In this document: positions 25,536 through 38,822 of the stretch, piece by piece | How the letters are laid out: every line of letters starts with the position of its first letter | Numbering within the stretch: the first letter of the stretch is position 1 | NCBI GenBank assembly: GCA_013239625.1 | Contig: MU056050.1 | Location: 2,032,084-2,096,083, forward strand | From: Lama guanicoe | Taxonomy: Eukaryota | Length of the DNA stretch: 64,000 nucleotides | Direction: 5' to 3' | The notes under the pieces: model-generated | What the model was told of the DNA's origin: nothing | Seen by the model: only the letters and a program-made list of their open reading frames with translations | Database searches by the model: none | Made by a program: the position numbers and the translations under genes

Positions 25536-28500
25536 CCTCAGAGCTAACACACTGGTACCCCAGATCTCCAGCTGTCCCGCCCCTCATGCCTTACCTCCCC
25601 TTGCCAAAGTCCTGCCAAATAGGTCTGGTGCCTTGAGAATTTGCTGGACCTTCTTCAGTTACTAAGAAATCTGCCTACATTTACTAAATACACAGAATTC
25701 AATGATTTCTTACCTCTATTGAAGAGTCATTCCTACTATTTCTGCCTTTATCCCTATCTAAGTCTTTTTATGCTTAAGATCTAGAAATGTACGAATGAGC
25801 AGGATGTCTTCTGCCAGGGAATTTGATGATCAGAGGTTCAAGCCATGAATAGTAAGTATTTGAGGAGAAGTATTAGCTATATAAAGCCGTTAGCTTGTTG
25901 ATAGGAGCTGGAAGCAGTCCTATGAATAATTCCTACATACTTACCTTTTTTCATGTTTTCCTTTTCTGAAAGGAAAGACTACACTAAAATTAGGAAAATA
26001 CAGCCCCTGTTTTATAGCCAGAAATATTCCACTCATTTTCTTCTTGCTCCCTTCCATTTTCATGAGGAACGCTACGGGGCCCTATAAAAAGAGCTCTGTT
26101 CTTGTGGATGAAAATACTACTGTTGTCCCAGGCTCTTCTTGTGAGCAGTCACTCTCACAGGTGCTATCACCTGGGTTCCCAAGGTCTACCGCGTGGTCAA
26201 ATCCATCTGGTCCCCTTACAAACTGGCCTGTGACCTTGGCCTCAGCACGGCAGGGAATTTCCAGCCACTTCCCTCATTGTCTCTGAGCCCATCACTTCCA
26301 CAAACAGAAAGAACCATCCCTGCAATAAACACCTTCCTGGTCTTCACGCTACTCCTCAAGGCTTCTGTGCTGAAAGGATTTGTATTTTCGCTCCTGGAAT
26401 CCAATCCACAAATGTTTCTGACTCTGGAATACTGGTGGTATTATAACTGGAGTGACAAAGACACGCAGAGACAGTAATAATCTGCGGGATGGGCTAGTTC
26501 AGGTGAATTTCCTAGAGGAAATTACATTCCAAGCAGGTGCAAAGCAGTGCCATCTAGCTCCCTGAAATTGATTGGGTGACAATCGATTACAACATGTATC
26601 TGATCATTTCATACATTGTGGCAATATATTGGGATCAGGAGACCCTTCAATTCAGGAATGGAACAGCCCCTTCAATGCTTGGCCCACTCTGAGTGGGAGC
26701 TCAGAACATAAATAAAGCAACAGTAGCTAATAAAATAATAATTCCATTCATTAAGGCAGAAGGTATTCACTGGCAAATGTGTTATGTCACAGCAACAGTA
26801 TATCAGTAAATAAGGCAAGAGGGTGCAAATGGCAACACCTCTTCCAGAGACGCATAACTGGATTGTAAGCGCAAATAGCAAATATGCATTGAGGGCCAGG
26901 ATAATTGGTCCTTTATCTTCTCCTTATAAAAACAAGGGTTTATTTGCCCTTTTAATGGGCCAATAAAATTAAATTGGCATCCTGTGGTGTGTACTGAATA
27001 CATAATCAGAAATCTGAAGCACTAAAACCAATTTTTTTTAAAAGGGGGAAAAAGCAAAAGCAGAAAAATCCAAAATTCTGAACAGTGTAGAAAAACAACC
27101 TAGGAAAATAACGCAGTTCCAAGTCATATCTCCTGATTGGGTAGCAGACTCCAGAGCGGTCACTTCTGCTCCTGAAAGCTGAGGGGCACTAAGTGGCCCC
27201 ACAGTTCTTCAAAAGCAGAGGCAGCTTGACATTGGGGTGGCCCCGGAGAAGGAGAGGAAGGGATGGGGCGGGGCAGGGCCAGAAAGTAGGTGACTCTCCA
27301 CCAAAGAGGAATTCACAAAACTTTGAAAGCAAAAGCAGTCCTCCTGAAAAGGAATGTTTTGTGGTACTCAGAATGTCTTTTAAAGTACAGTGCCTGTAAT
27401 CCTCCCAAAGCTGCTCATGTTGAGATCTTCAGAGCAAAAGTACAACAAAAACCTCATGATACATGAAGCGCAGTAAATTTAAAAAAAAAAACCATCTCCC
27501 TCCTGATTTCTCATTTTGATGGCCAGACACATACATATTTGTTTAATGAGTGACAGCACGTTGATAATACTTTTCTGTATTTGCTGGATAGATGAAAGAG
27601 AAGGGAAACTGTGTTATCATTCAGTTATTTTTGGCAGCAAATATATTCGCATGCTCTACTCAGAAAAATTATTAATTATGCACAAAAGAATTTTGACTTA
27701 GAAATCTCAGAACACTTTATAGAAATTCATTGTGTAGAATGATTCAGGTGTTCAGATAAATAAGGAAAAAGGTAGGGAAACAGAATGAGTCCCAAAGAAC
27801 ACTTCCTTTAAAATGTCTTACAATTGAAGGTTCCTAGTGAAGGCGGAACTACCTAGAGGTCATCCCTCTGCCTCCAACCAAGAACAGATGGAAGCCTTCC
27901 TGAATAAATCAAGTGCATTTGCTTCCCACAGAGAAAGATTCTTCAATTTTTCTAAGGGCCTCTCCTAGTTTTTTTCAAGCCTCTTACAAACCAAAAGATC
28001 CTTTCACAGCTAAGGGAATGCATGTTTTGTTTCCTCCATGTTTCTCCCAGGCACCTGTCAAAAGCCACAGCTGCCTGGCCAACACACAGGTTCAGTACCA
28101 CCCACAGCACTCTGGAGCTGACTCCTTAGGGACAGATGAAAACTAACATGGGAAGAGGAACATTGGCCAAAGTGGGAGCCCCCAGGGTGAAGGAGAGCAA
28201 AACATAATCCTAGAGTCACTGAGTCAGGAGCATTGCTTTGCGCAGCCTCGGCCCCGCAAAGACAGATCTTTAACCGACTTCACCAGACGTTTCATTTCAA
28301 AGGCAAAAGAGGCCACGCAGGCCGATTGTGCACTGAAACAAAAATCCCAAGCAATACAATAAAATTAAATACTCGTAATTGACTAATTGCGGGTACAGTT
28401 GGCTGCTTTTCCCCCTGGAGAAGGCGTCTTCTATATGATTTCTGGAGCATTGAACCCAGTGCAGCTGTAATTATTATTATTCCTATAATAATAGGGTTCC

Positions 28501-28899
28501 TACAGATCTTCATATTTTTACATGTTTTATATTCATTATGGTTAATCCACAAAACATCTCTTTGGAGTATATAAATAGTGTCCTTGCCAGTGTGCTGGAG
28601 AGGAGCAAGAGCTCAGAAGAAGGTAAAGAGTGGAGGTCACAGGCTGAGTCAGCAGCAACTTAGGAAACAGAACTGGAAAATTCTGCTTTTCAGTACCAAT
28701 GTATGTCATCAACTCATTAAATGCTTATAATATGAACCCTACATACTAAGCCTGACACAAAACCATCGAGACACACGTTGTGTGTTTCCTGGCTCTCCAA
28801 AAGCTTCTCGGCCATTGGTAGACATTCATGTTCACATACGTGAGGCCAACAGGCCACAGCTTGATTGAGTCGTGCTAGGATCGAGCGCCAATACGGGGG

Positions 28900-29270
28900 C
28901 TTCAGCCCAAGTGTGGCTGGCATGCAGAGAAGGAATAGGTTCCTTGAGGGAGGAAATGGGCACCAAAAGTTCCATGAAGGAGGAAGCTTTGGCAGGTTTG
29001 GCAAGGTGGGCCAGAATTGGAATGGTAGAGATTTGGGAACTGACATTCCACGATGGGGACACAGCATGAATGAATGCTCAGCAGCAGGGACAGGTAAGAA
29101 GTATGTCAGGAATAGAAGGACCAACTAGGCTGGGGCAGACAGTTCCTACTGCAGAATTGGGGGAGACAATTTTGGATAGATCATGAGCCCTAATGATGGA
29201 GAGCCATGGGGTACAAAACAAATATGCACTATTTACTGAACACCTACTATGTACAGCTCTGTGTGTCATG
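28900..29270 (-). mobile_element. L2 remnant(s)
   Basis: Purine-rich antisense L2 pattern (acattccacgatggggacacagcatgaatgaatg), plus tatttactgaacacctactatgt. Confidence 0.5.
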
Positions 29271-30360
29271 TTTTTCTAATGTAAATTCCAGGCTCAAGGG
29301 TTCAGACTTTATCGGACAGGCAACAGGGAGCCACGGGCCCAGTCACTGGGTCCCAATACCTAAAATGAGAGTGTTCACCATTACCTCACTCTCATGTCCT
29401 TGGCCAACCCCTGAGGACATCCTGGTGTGTTTTTATGACTAAATATGCAGCTTCTCTCGGGCAATGCCATTGTAAATTGAAAATATGAAGTCTTTAATTT
29501 TGCATGGCATTGCACAAAGAGAATTACAGAGGCCCAATTCCTCTTCTTCTTGGAGCAAACGGACAACTCTGACACGGTCAGATGTATTCATCGGCAGCAC
29601 ATGAAAGTCACAAGTTTAATACATGAGTGAGCAGCAGAGCGCTAGAGGGGGCTCCTTATTCTGTCTACAGCTGAAACAGTCTACAAGTTACATGTGTTTA
29701 CTTCATTCTAGCTATTTCTAGCTATTTTTAGTCAGATCCTTCCCCAGGGAGCAAGTTAGGCACTTTGGGAGACATAGTCTTGCTTTCAAAGCACTGAAGG
29801 AGCATCTGCAGGGTCTGTGAAGAGGACTCAGGTGTTCTGTGTTGCTGCAAGAAGTTGAAGTAGGGTCCCATTTGAATGGCACTCCGCACCAGTAGTTTCT
29901 CTTCTCAGCTGACACACGGACTAAGTTCTAAAAGAAGACATGGTCGGCATACAGGCAGCCTGGGTACCAGAACTGTCCATTAAAGCACATAGGCTCCAGG
30001 CTGGAACAGAAGGACTGGCCAGCACTGAACCTAACCCCAGAAGATGCTCATGTTTCTGTGGGAAGATGCATTTACAGTCCTAACTCAGAAGTTCAGTGAC
30101 ACATGTTCCCTAATCACTCCCACCTGAGATAGTGGGAACAGAGAGTCCACCAGCTCCACCCCCAGGTGTCAGTTCAATGGGACTCCAGCTGGATGGGGGA
30201 GGATGAGTTCAGATGGAGCATTGGAGAGTCTAAGGAGGAGGGATGGACTGGGAAAACAGGAGATGAAATAAGGTGGGACTACTAGAGGAGGCGATAAATA
30301 ATAAGGACACAAATGCTATAGATCAAACCAGTGCTAAGCTTGGGACAGGGCATGGAGGTA

Positions 30361-30592
30361 CAGTGGTGTGAGGTGGTAAAGAAATACATTTTATTTAATG
30401 ACCCACAACACACATGCATATATTTGCTAACCAAAACAAAAGCTTGATGAAACAATATTTACCCTTGCTACCTGGATACACTTTGGCATTTTTCTATTTT
30501 ATGTCTTTAATTTTTCAAAGGCTAGGTCATCACTTACTACTTTGATTTCATAACCCATTAGTGGGTTGTGCCCTGCAATTTGCAAAACACTG
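30361..30592. mobile_element. hAT-Charlie-type non-autonomous DNA transposon
   Basis: Termini cagtg...caaaacactg; internal tgatttcataacccattagtgggttgtgccctgcaatttg. Subfamily not assigned. Confidence 0.6.
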
Positions 30593-31615
30593 CTATAGGG
30601 AAAAGAGAGGAAGATTGGTTTTCCTTTATCTTTCGCTTTCTCCCTGATCAGTCGTAGACTGTGGCCTGGAACAACTCAGAAGTGAGGTTGAAAAAATGAG
30701 GACTGGGATTAGAGTGGTGAAGGTGGGTTCCAGGTCATACACAGGGAGAAGAGAAAAGTTGGGGAGAACAGTGAGATCTTGCTGTCACTAGGCCAGCTGC
30801 GAATGCCCTAAAATGAGGTCATACAAAACGGAACTTGAGCTTCCAGCTCCATGTCTCCAGCACCTGGCACTGTACTTGGTACTGTTCAATATAATGAAAA
30901 ATACCTGCTGAATTGATACACATAAGTTAGAGGCTGTTTAAACATTCATGTCTGGTTACAACACAGTGAAGATCAGAACCTACCTTAGGCAAATAGCAGT
31001 ATGGACAAGGTTTGTTGTTAGCAGCTTTACCCCTCCCCGTTTGACTCTGCCCTAAGAGCATCCAGCGCTGCATTCAGATGGCAAAGAGGCCCCCACACAT
31101 GGTGCCCCCGCATGGAGAGGCACTCTCATGGGAGGTAACGAAGACAGATCCTTCCTGAGTCCTACTACCAGGCCTCAGAATTTTCCTGACCTGTGTCCTG
31201 TTTCTTCAGTGCCTGCTTCTCAGAATTAATCTGCTAATCCAGTCCATACTGAAGTAGTCATGGGCAAGATTGTGTGTTTCCCTCCCAGGCCACATTGGTC
31301 ATTTAACAGGGAATTTCACCATCCTAATTTATAGAGGTGGGTGTTTCAAACCTTGCAGTAGTCAATGGAGAAGACAATTGAAGCAGGAAGACTTTCTAGG
31401 GGCCCTCAAACCACACTGTAAGGCAACTACCTAGTCTGCCTACACATTGGCAGTTTCCATTAACCATTAAACAATGCCCCCCTCCCAGAAAAGTATGCGA
31501 GTTGCTAGTCCGAGGCCTAGAACAGAGAGAGTAATCAATAAATGCTGGTTAAATTAGAATCTAAAGCATTTAGTTGGGTAGGCACAGTAGGTACCTTTAG
31601 TAGGACCCACGAGAG

Positions 31616-31798
31616 CAGCACTGTCTGTGATGATGGAAGTATACTGTGTTGCCCTGTCCAATACCTGGAGCTATGGAGTGCTTGAAGTGGTGTGGCTGGT
31701 GTAACTGAGAAACAGAACCTTTAATTTTATTTAATTTCAAACAATTTAAATTCAAATAGCCACATGTGGCTAGTGGCTACTAGATCAGACAACGCAGG
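31616..31798 (-). mobile_element. MER3 DNA transposon
   Basis: tttaaattcaaatagccacatgtggctagtggctac and ttttatttaatttc are diagnostic of MER3. Confidence 0.8.
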
Positions 31799-32984
31799 TC
31801 GAGACCATCGCCAGACACAGGAAACACATTTTGAGCAAGTGCCTGTCTCTCATTAGTGCCCTTTTTGAACAGCTGGGTCTTTTTCTAAATTAGCCCCGAG
31901 ACCTGAAATTCCTCTCTCTCTCTGTCTCTCTTCCAAGAGATGTCTTTTTTTTTTTTTTAGAACAAAGGAGTATGGGGAGACTTATGGGAGCTGGTTTCTG
32001 AGGGTTGTTTTTCTCAGATTCGAGCTAGAGTACCAATAGTTCCCAATCAAAGTGCCTTTAGAATAGAGAGTAGCTGGACCCTATAATGTCCTGCAAGGGC
32101 CACTGAGGTTTTTCTGAATGGACAGGCACCTCTGACTAGACCTCTGTGGCACAGAGCTCTGCACAGGCCCAGAATGTCCTCCCAAACCAAGACCGGGGAA
32201 TAGCTGTTAAAAAAATCCAACCAGTGAATTCAAGTTAGAAACAGTACCTTTAATTTAAATTTGCCTTTTTTTCCTGGAGGAAAAATGGGTTCTTTGTTCT
32301 TCAGGCTGTTGGAACATATTTGAGGGAACCGAGGCTGTATAGATTTTTAACGCAACACAAAGGTGAACTGATTTGTATAACCACCAATTCTGCGTATTGT
32401 GAAGATGGCTTTTCAAGAGTTGCTTCCCATCAGGATTGCATTTGGGAAATTTTATAAGGCTGTTTGCAATTTGTTTAAAGTCAACTGTTAGGCAAGGATG
32501 TTAAGGACCATAGACCCCAGGAAGTGATCAGACATCAGTTATTCTACTTGTAAAATAATAAAGGGCAACAAAGGGCAATGAATCAGTCTTTTGGCCAAGT
32601 AATGACACACTGCTTCAGTGAAAGGGTAGAAAGGAGCAGTTTCCCAATTATTCTAATCCCCTGTTCTTTACCAGAAAGTACTTCTCTGTCTCCTCTCAGC
32701 ATCCTCTTCTTTTTTCACTTGCTCCTCATAAACTCAATAATAAATAGTAAATGTACATGATCAGAGATGATGAGACCAGGAAAGAAGAAAATCATTCCAG
32801 TTATTTTTTTCCTGAAATTCAGACCTGTGACCGTGTCTGAAGAACAGATCTCAGTATTAAGAGTTATTTGTATTATCTAAACTGCAAGTGTATTAAAGAT
32901 CCATTTGAAACAGACTAAAGAATTCTAGCCAGTGTGTTTATTACCTGATTGTTGTCATCCTGGAAAGTGTAGGGGTGGAGAATG

Positions 32985-33925
32985 AAGTAGCCTGGCAATT
33001 GATTCTCTCCTTGACCCTGTCTTCTTCAGCATTTTTGTCAATAACACTTGGATAATGCTACCGAAAACAGGTCGATCAAATTTGTAGATGACACCTAACT
33101 GGGAGTGACAACTAATAAACTTGTTAACCAAATCAAGATTTAAAAGACTGGGTCCAAATCAGGAGGACACTGTTAAAGGGGAAAAGGTGCAAAAAAATTA
33201 ACAGCACATATTCAGGGTCGGGGGAAGTCTGGCGAGGCAGAAGTTCCTAAACAAGATACTTGGGATATAAATTCAAGGCCACTATGTAAGAGTTGGTGCC
33301 ATAGAATTCTAGAGTGGACAGGTAAAAACAAAAAACAAGAAAGCAATGCCATCCTAGGCAGCACTGATAAATACATGATGTCTGGTCCAAAATGGGCAGT
33401 GGGGGAGCATCAGTTTGCTGTCTCCTGGATGGATTCGACCTCACCTGCAGTGTAGTGCTGAGTCCCAGACATCAGACCTACGACTGACATTTAACAAACT
33501 GAAACATGTCAAAAGGAAGATGGCCAGAGTGGTGAAGGCCTGGGATCTGTGACATACACCTGAAGTGCTAGCAGTGATTAGCCTGAACGAGAGACGGCAC
33601 CAAGAGGTGGGCTATATATCTTCAGATGTTTGAAGGCCTACCATTCGAAGAGAGAGTAGATATTTCAGTGAGCCTCAAACAAAAAGAAGGCACCATAGGT
33701 GGTGAAAGTTACAGAGAGGCAGATATGTGCTCAATATAATAAAGACATTTCTAATAATTAGAGCTGCCCAAAAGCAGAATGCACTACTTTGGAAAGTGGT
33801 GAGTTCCCCATCATCAGAAGTGTTCAGAGGAGATGGAGTGGTGACCTGTCAATCAAATTACAGAGGGGATTTGTGCATTGTTTAGGAGGGGGTGACCTAG
33901 GCCATTACTCCCAACATGAAGAATG
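32985..33925 (+). mobile_element. L3/CR1 LINE relic (RT C-terminal region and 3' UTR)
   Basis: tttgtagatgacacctaactggga at 33081 reads F-V-D-D-T-*-L-G, against the CR1 RT motif FADDTKLG; 3' region has gtggtgagttccccatcatcagaagtgttca. Confidence 0.75.
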
Positions 33926-34489
33926 AGAGGCTCAGGAATTCAAACAGAGTGGGAAATAAAAGTATGTCTTCCTGACTGGCAGTGGACCTAAACATTTTAT
34001 TATGTTTATATGGTTTTGGTTTTAATAGTGAAGTATTTCCAGCATACATAAAATAACAGATAAGCATTAATTAGCTTTTAATAAGAATTTGTTTAGGGGC
34101 CCAGCTCACCCTCCCCCAATTCCAGCATGGGCTGCAAAATTAAAGAAAATGGCTTTCAAGTGCTATATGACACAACACCGAACTTGAAGCTCTTGTCGGT
34201 GCATGACAAATCTTAGGTCTGCTTCAAAGGCATCATAAGAGTTCATCACTTTCCTGCCCAGCTTTAGAAATTGTTTCATTGACTGTGACTGGATCACTGG
34301 ATCAATTAGTTTTTCAATTAAGAGTTGTGCTAAAATCTCACGTAAAATGAGTCGCAAGACAAGACAGGCCCCTAACAGCTTTAGATGATTGATGGAGATA
34401 CGTGGGTGAATGGCAGAGATGGAGGCTGGGAAGAATGACGATTCTGTTGAGTTATTTGTTACGGTGACTACTGGGAGTCAAGAACTAAT

Positions 34490-34912
34490 AGCACTTCCTC
34501 AATGACACTTATATTGTGGCTTTAGTAATTTTTCAAAGGAGAGTTTCAGCTGTTATTTTCATGTAATGTCAGCACATCCCTGTGACGTGGGCAGGGCCGG
34601 TGTTAGTTCTGCTGGCTGACAAATGACAGACCTGAAGCCCATTGAGATAACTGGCCTGAGACCACACAGCAGATTCGGGACTGAACCATATAAAAACCCA
34701 CTGCAGTATAAAAGCACTGAAAAATAATTTTTTAAATAATATTTATAGCAAATATCATTTATCAATTGAGCAGAGACTTCTATGGAGTCAAATACTTTGC
34801 ACATATCAATTTAATCCACACAATAGTGCTATGGGGTAGGTACTGTTATCCCAGTGTTTATAGATACAGAAATGAGGTTTAGAGAGTTTAAGTAACCAAC
34901 CCAAGGTCAGTC
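34490..34912 (-). mobile_element. Two MIR remnants
   Basis: gacaaatgacagacctgaagcccattgag...ccacacagc; gtaggtactgttatcccagtgtttatagatacagaaatgaggtttagagagtttaagtaac. Confidence 0.65.
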
Positions 34913-34939
34913 ATTTGATCTCAAAGATAAAATCCAAAT

Positions 34940-35631
34940 TTTCCACCTCCATTGCCACAACTCAAATCCAAACTACTATTGTCTCTCACCTGGATTGCAG
35001 GAAAGCATCCCGAATGTGCTCCCTGCTTTCACTGATGCCCTCTTCAATCTATTGTTCATAACCAGCCAGATGGATCTTTTAAAAATATAAATCGGCTCAT
35101 GGAATAACCACGATCAAACTCCTTCCAAGATTTCCTCCTATGGTCCTTAGAATAAAATGCAATTCCTTTCCAGCATCCTGCAAGGTCCTCTGCAGCTGTG
35201 TCCCTGCCTCCTACCAGACTCATCCTGCACCCTCCTCCTTACTGGCCGCACTCCAGCCAGGCTAGTCTTCTTTCAGTGCCTCAGATATATCAAGTGCTGC
35301 CCTCCGTCTGCGCCTCAGCAAGTGCTATTCCCTCTGCATGGGGTGCTCTTCTACTCTTAGGCATCAGTCCAACTGTCACATCCTCAGATAAACTTTCCCT
35401 GATCTAATCTCAGTTAAAGTCCCCTTGTCACATAGTCTCATAGCACCCCAATACCTTCCCTTCTTAGTACTTAGAACATGGCAGTCACACATCGGTATGA
35501 TTCTTTTATTAATATTTGCCACCAGTACTAGACTGTTAAGTGCTATGAGGACAGAGATCGTATCTGTTTTGCTCACTGCTGTATCCCAGCACCAAAACAG
35601 TGTTTGTCACACAGTAGGAACTCAAAACTTT
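34940..35631 (+). mobile_element. L2 3' region
   Basis: tctctcacctggattgcagg...cagccagatggatcttttaaaaatataaatc...gctcactgctgtatcccagcacc...cacagtagg; tail resumes after 35868. Confidence 0.85.
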
Positions 35632-35868
35632 ATTTATTTCATATTCTTTTTCACTAAAGGTTATTACAAGATATTGAATATAGTTCCCTGTGCTATACAA
35701 AGAAATTTGGTTTTTTAATCTATTTTTATATATAGTGGTTAACATTTGCAAATCTCAAACTCCCAAATTTATGAAAATGAATATATGTACATATATGCAT
35801 GACTAGGACATTATGCTGTACACCAGAAATTGACACATTATAACTGACTATACTTCAATTTAAAAAAA
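35632..35868 (+). mobile_element. Short L1 3' UTR insertion with 5' inversion
   Basis: 35632-35771 is antisense L1 3' UTR; 35772-35868 is the sense terminus gctgtacaccagaaattgacac...ctatacttcaatt plus an A tail. Confidence 0.8.
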
Positions 35869-36662
35869 CCTTTTTTTGATGAATGAATAAATTAAAAAAT
35901 GAATAAGCAAAAAATTTAAACCCCTGAGGCCAATCCTTAACCATATGTCTTGATATAAAAGGGTCTAAAAAGCACCCCCTTACCCTCAACCCATCTCAGT
36001 GCTTCTGTGGAGGGGTGGTTTGCACTTACAGTTGCAGAAAGGAATTTTCCAAAATACACATGTTCATATATTAATGCCTGCATTTGCAAGCCATTATATT
36101 CAAGTAGGATCAAATGTTGATAATGAGTGTTTTCTTTGCCAGCATTTAGATACATGACATGTAATTGCAAAAATAACTAGTTAGACTGTCGGAAGGCAGT
36201 ACTACTCCTGAGAGCAGAACAAAATGTTCCAGGGAATTAACCCAAAGATGGTAATTAAACCATGGAATCATCAGCTGGAGAATGGGACTGACACCTTGTT
36301 CTGACTCTGGAACCTATAAGCACACACTGTGGTTACTAGAATCCAAGATCAAAGGGTGTTCAACGGGACGGGGAGGCTGATCCATATGAACCCAGGGAAG
36401 GTATGACCTAATTTCTACCCTACACCCACCCCGCCACATCCATCCTTTATCTAATTCTTCCTCTCCTACATCCCAGGTTAAACACAAATAGCCAATTTAA
36501 GGGCCAGACCAGGGAGGTATTTGCCTATACGGTGGGCTTTGAAGAGTCCACCCTTCCTAACTTTCCATCACTGAAATAACTCTTTTGGGATTACGTAGAT
36601 ATGTATGCATTTTCACTAGGTTAAGGGCTTGTTCTCTGTGGAGAGGAAGTCATAAGCCAACT

Positions 36663-36908
36663 CTGTGGTTCTCAAACAGGGGCAGGGAGACAGGGGCAGG
36701 GAGTAATGTTGCCCCCCGCCCCGGGAATATTTGCCATGTTTTCAGGCATTTGGGGTTGTCACAATTGGCGGGTGGTAGTGGTGCTACTGGCATCTAATGG
36801 GTATGATCCAGGGATGCTGCTAAACATCCTACAATGCACAGGACAGTCCCTCACAACAAAGTATTATCCAGCCCAAAATATCAATAGCGCCAAGGTTGAG
36901 AAACCCTG
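36663..36908 (+). mobile_element. MER20 DNA transposon
   Basis: gtggttctcaaac...tgctactggcatcta...gatgctgctaaacatcctacaatgcacaggacag...gccaaggttgagaaaccctg. Confidence 0.9.
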
Positions 36909-37129
36909 AACTGACTCATTTGCAAAGATTCACTTATTAGTCCATAAACAACTCACGCACAGAGCAGATTCTTGCAAAAATGGGAGTTGGAATAGGTGTA
37001 TTTTGATCAAACAGTTGGAACAGAAAGGAGGATGAGTAAGCTGATAGCAGTGCCAATGACAGATTGGAGAAAAGACTTGAAGCAGGTGACCTACTCTCAT
37101 ACCCTGAGAGAGAAGGACTGAGAATCTGA

Positions 37130-37970
37130 CCAGAGATGAACAGAAAATGGCTACCCTACATGCTGTAGAGGTAGAACTGATGAAGCATCATAAAAGAATG
37201 AGGCGAAGGTGACCCTTAGGACTCTAGCTCGGGTGACTGGAAGAAGAATGATGCATCAGGAGAAATAGTGACCAGAGGAGCAGATCTGCAGGTGGCAGGT
37301 GGGAGGGGAGAAATTATGTGCTGAGTGTGTGATGCCATGAAGGCCTCCAGGTGAGGCTGTTTTATGAGCAGTTAGGAATGTGGATCTGGAGTTCTAGAGT
37401 GTGTCTGAAGGTAGAGGTATCTGCTTGGAATTCATCCACGTGGAGGTAGTGAGATGAGATCCCCTACTTGGCCCATACCAGAAACTCCATAAATATATGT
37501 TGAATGAAAAAAACAACCATTTAGAGTAAGAAGGAAAAATGGCCAAGGACAAACATCTTTGGACACATCTTCATTGAGCGAGTGGACCAAGAGGCAACTT
37601 AAAAGGAGGCATCAGGAAGGCACAGCCAGCAGAGTTTGGTGCTCTTGAAACAAGACTGAGCAGTTTCAAGTAGGAGGATTTGGCCAATAATATCAAATGC
37701 TGCTCAGCAGTCAATTGAATGATGTCTGTGAATAGAGTTGGATTTGGCAGTGGGCAGGTCATCATCCAACCTTAGAGAGCAGGTTCAGTAAAGTGATGGG
37801 AGCAGACACTAGGTTGCAGATGCAGAGGGCTGCAAGGTCCTCATCATCCCATCATGAGTGATGAGGATAAAGAAGGAATTAGAATGATAGCTCATGGAGG
37901 TGGCAGGGATTCAGGGGGAGGTAGAATCTTTCTAGCCAATTTTTAGCCTGACAGGAAGAAAGCAGCGTAG
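37130..37970 (-). mobile_element. L2 remnant
   Basis: gagcagttaggaatgtggatctggagttctagag, ttggatttggcagt...ccttagagagcaggttcagta. Confidence 0.65.
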
Positions 37971-38132
37971 AGAGACTAAAGGCACACACTTGAATAACTC
38001 ATTGCCATTGTGTATTTTCTGAGTATGTCAATTATATTTTTGAGCTTCCTATGAAACTAAATAGATAGGAAAAAAACTAAGTAGATGGATTGATCTAGAG
38101 AGTTAGCAACTTTTAAATTTTGCTGTGTTAAG

Positions 38133-38615
38133 TGTATTAGTTTTCTATTTACTACTGTAGCAAATAACCACAAATTTAGTGGCTCACAACAGCCCAAGTT
38201 GTTGGTCGGAGTCTCACTGGGCTCAAATCAAGGTATCAGCAAGGGCTGCATTCCTGTCTGGAGGCTCTAAGGGAGGATTCATTTTCTTGCCTTTCCCAGC
38301 TTCTAGAGGTCACCCACTTTCCTTAACTTACAGCCCCCTCCACCTTCCTTCATAGCAATGGCTGGTCAAGTCTTTCTCATAACACATCACTTTGATACTG
38401 ACTTTTTTTTTAACCTCTATCTTCCACATTTAAGGACCTCTGTGATTACATTGGGCCACCCAGATTATCCAGGATAATCCATTTTAAGGTCAACTGATTA
38501 ACAATCTTAATTCTATCTGCAGCCTTAATTCCCCTTTACCATGTAACCTAATTCACAGATTTGGGGGGATTAAGACATGGACATCTTTTGGGAGGCCATT
38601 ATTTGGTCTACCACA
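38133..38615 (-). mobile_element. MLT1 (ERVL-MaLR) solo LTR
   Basis: TG...CA termini (tgtattagttttctat...tctaccaca); internal tgattacattgggccacccagattatccaggataatc; ~480 bp. Confidence 0.85.
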
Positions 38616-38756
38616 GACAGTGATATATATGAATGGTATCAACATCATCATCATTTCAGAAGTGGAAGGACTCTATCTACAACACCGAAAAATAGAAATG
38701 ATATAGAGAAAAGGACTGTCTTTCCTAAAAAAGAACAGTTGTCAGCCTTACCCCAA

Positions 38757-38822
38757 CACAAACACACACACATACACGCACACACACGCGCGTGTGCACA
38801 CACACACACACATACATGCATA
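38757..38822. repeat. Interrupted (CA)n/(CG) microsatellite
   Basis: cacacacacatacacgcacacacacgcgcgtgtgcacacacacacacacatacatgcata. Confidence 0.9.

Noticed and set aside
28717..29128. Cluster of overlapping ORFs on both strands
   Set aside because: Overlaps a degraded L2 and shows no coherent protein features.
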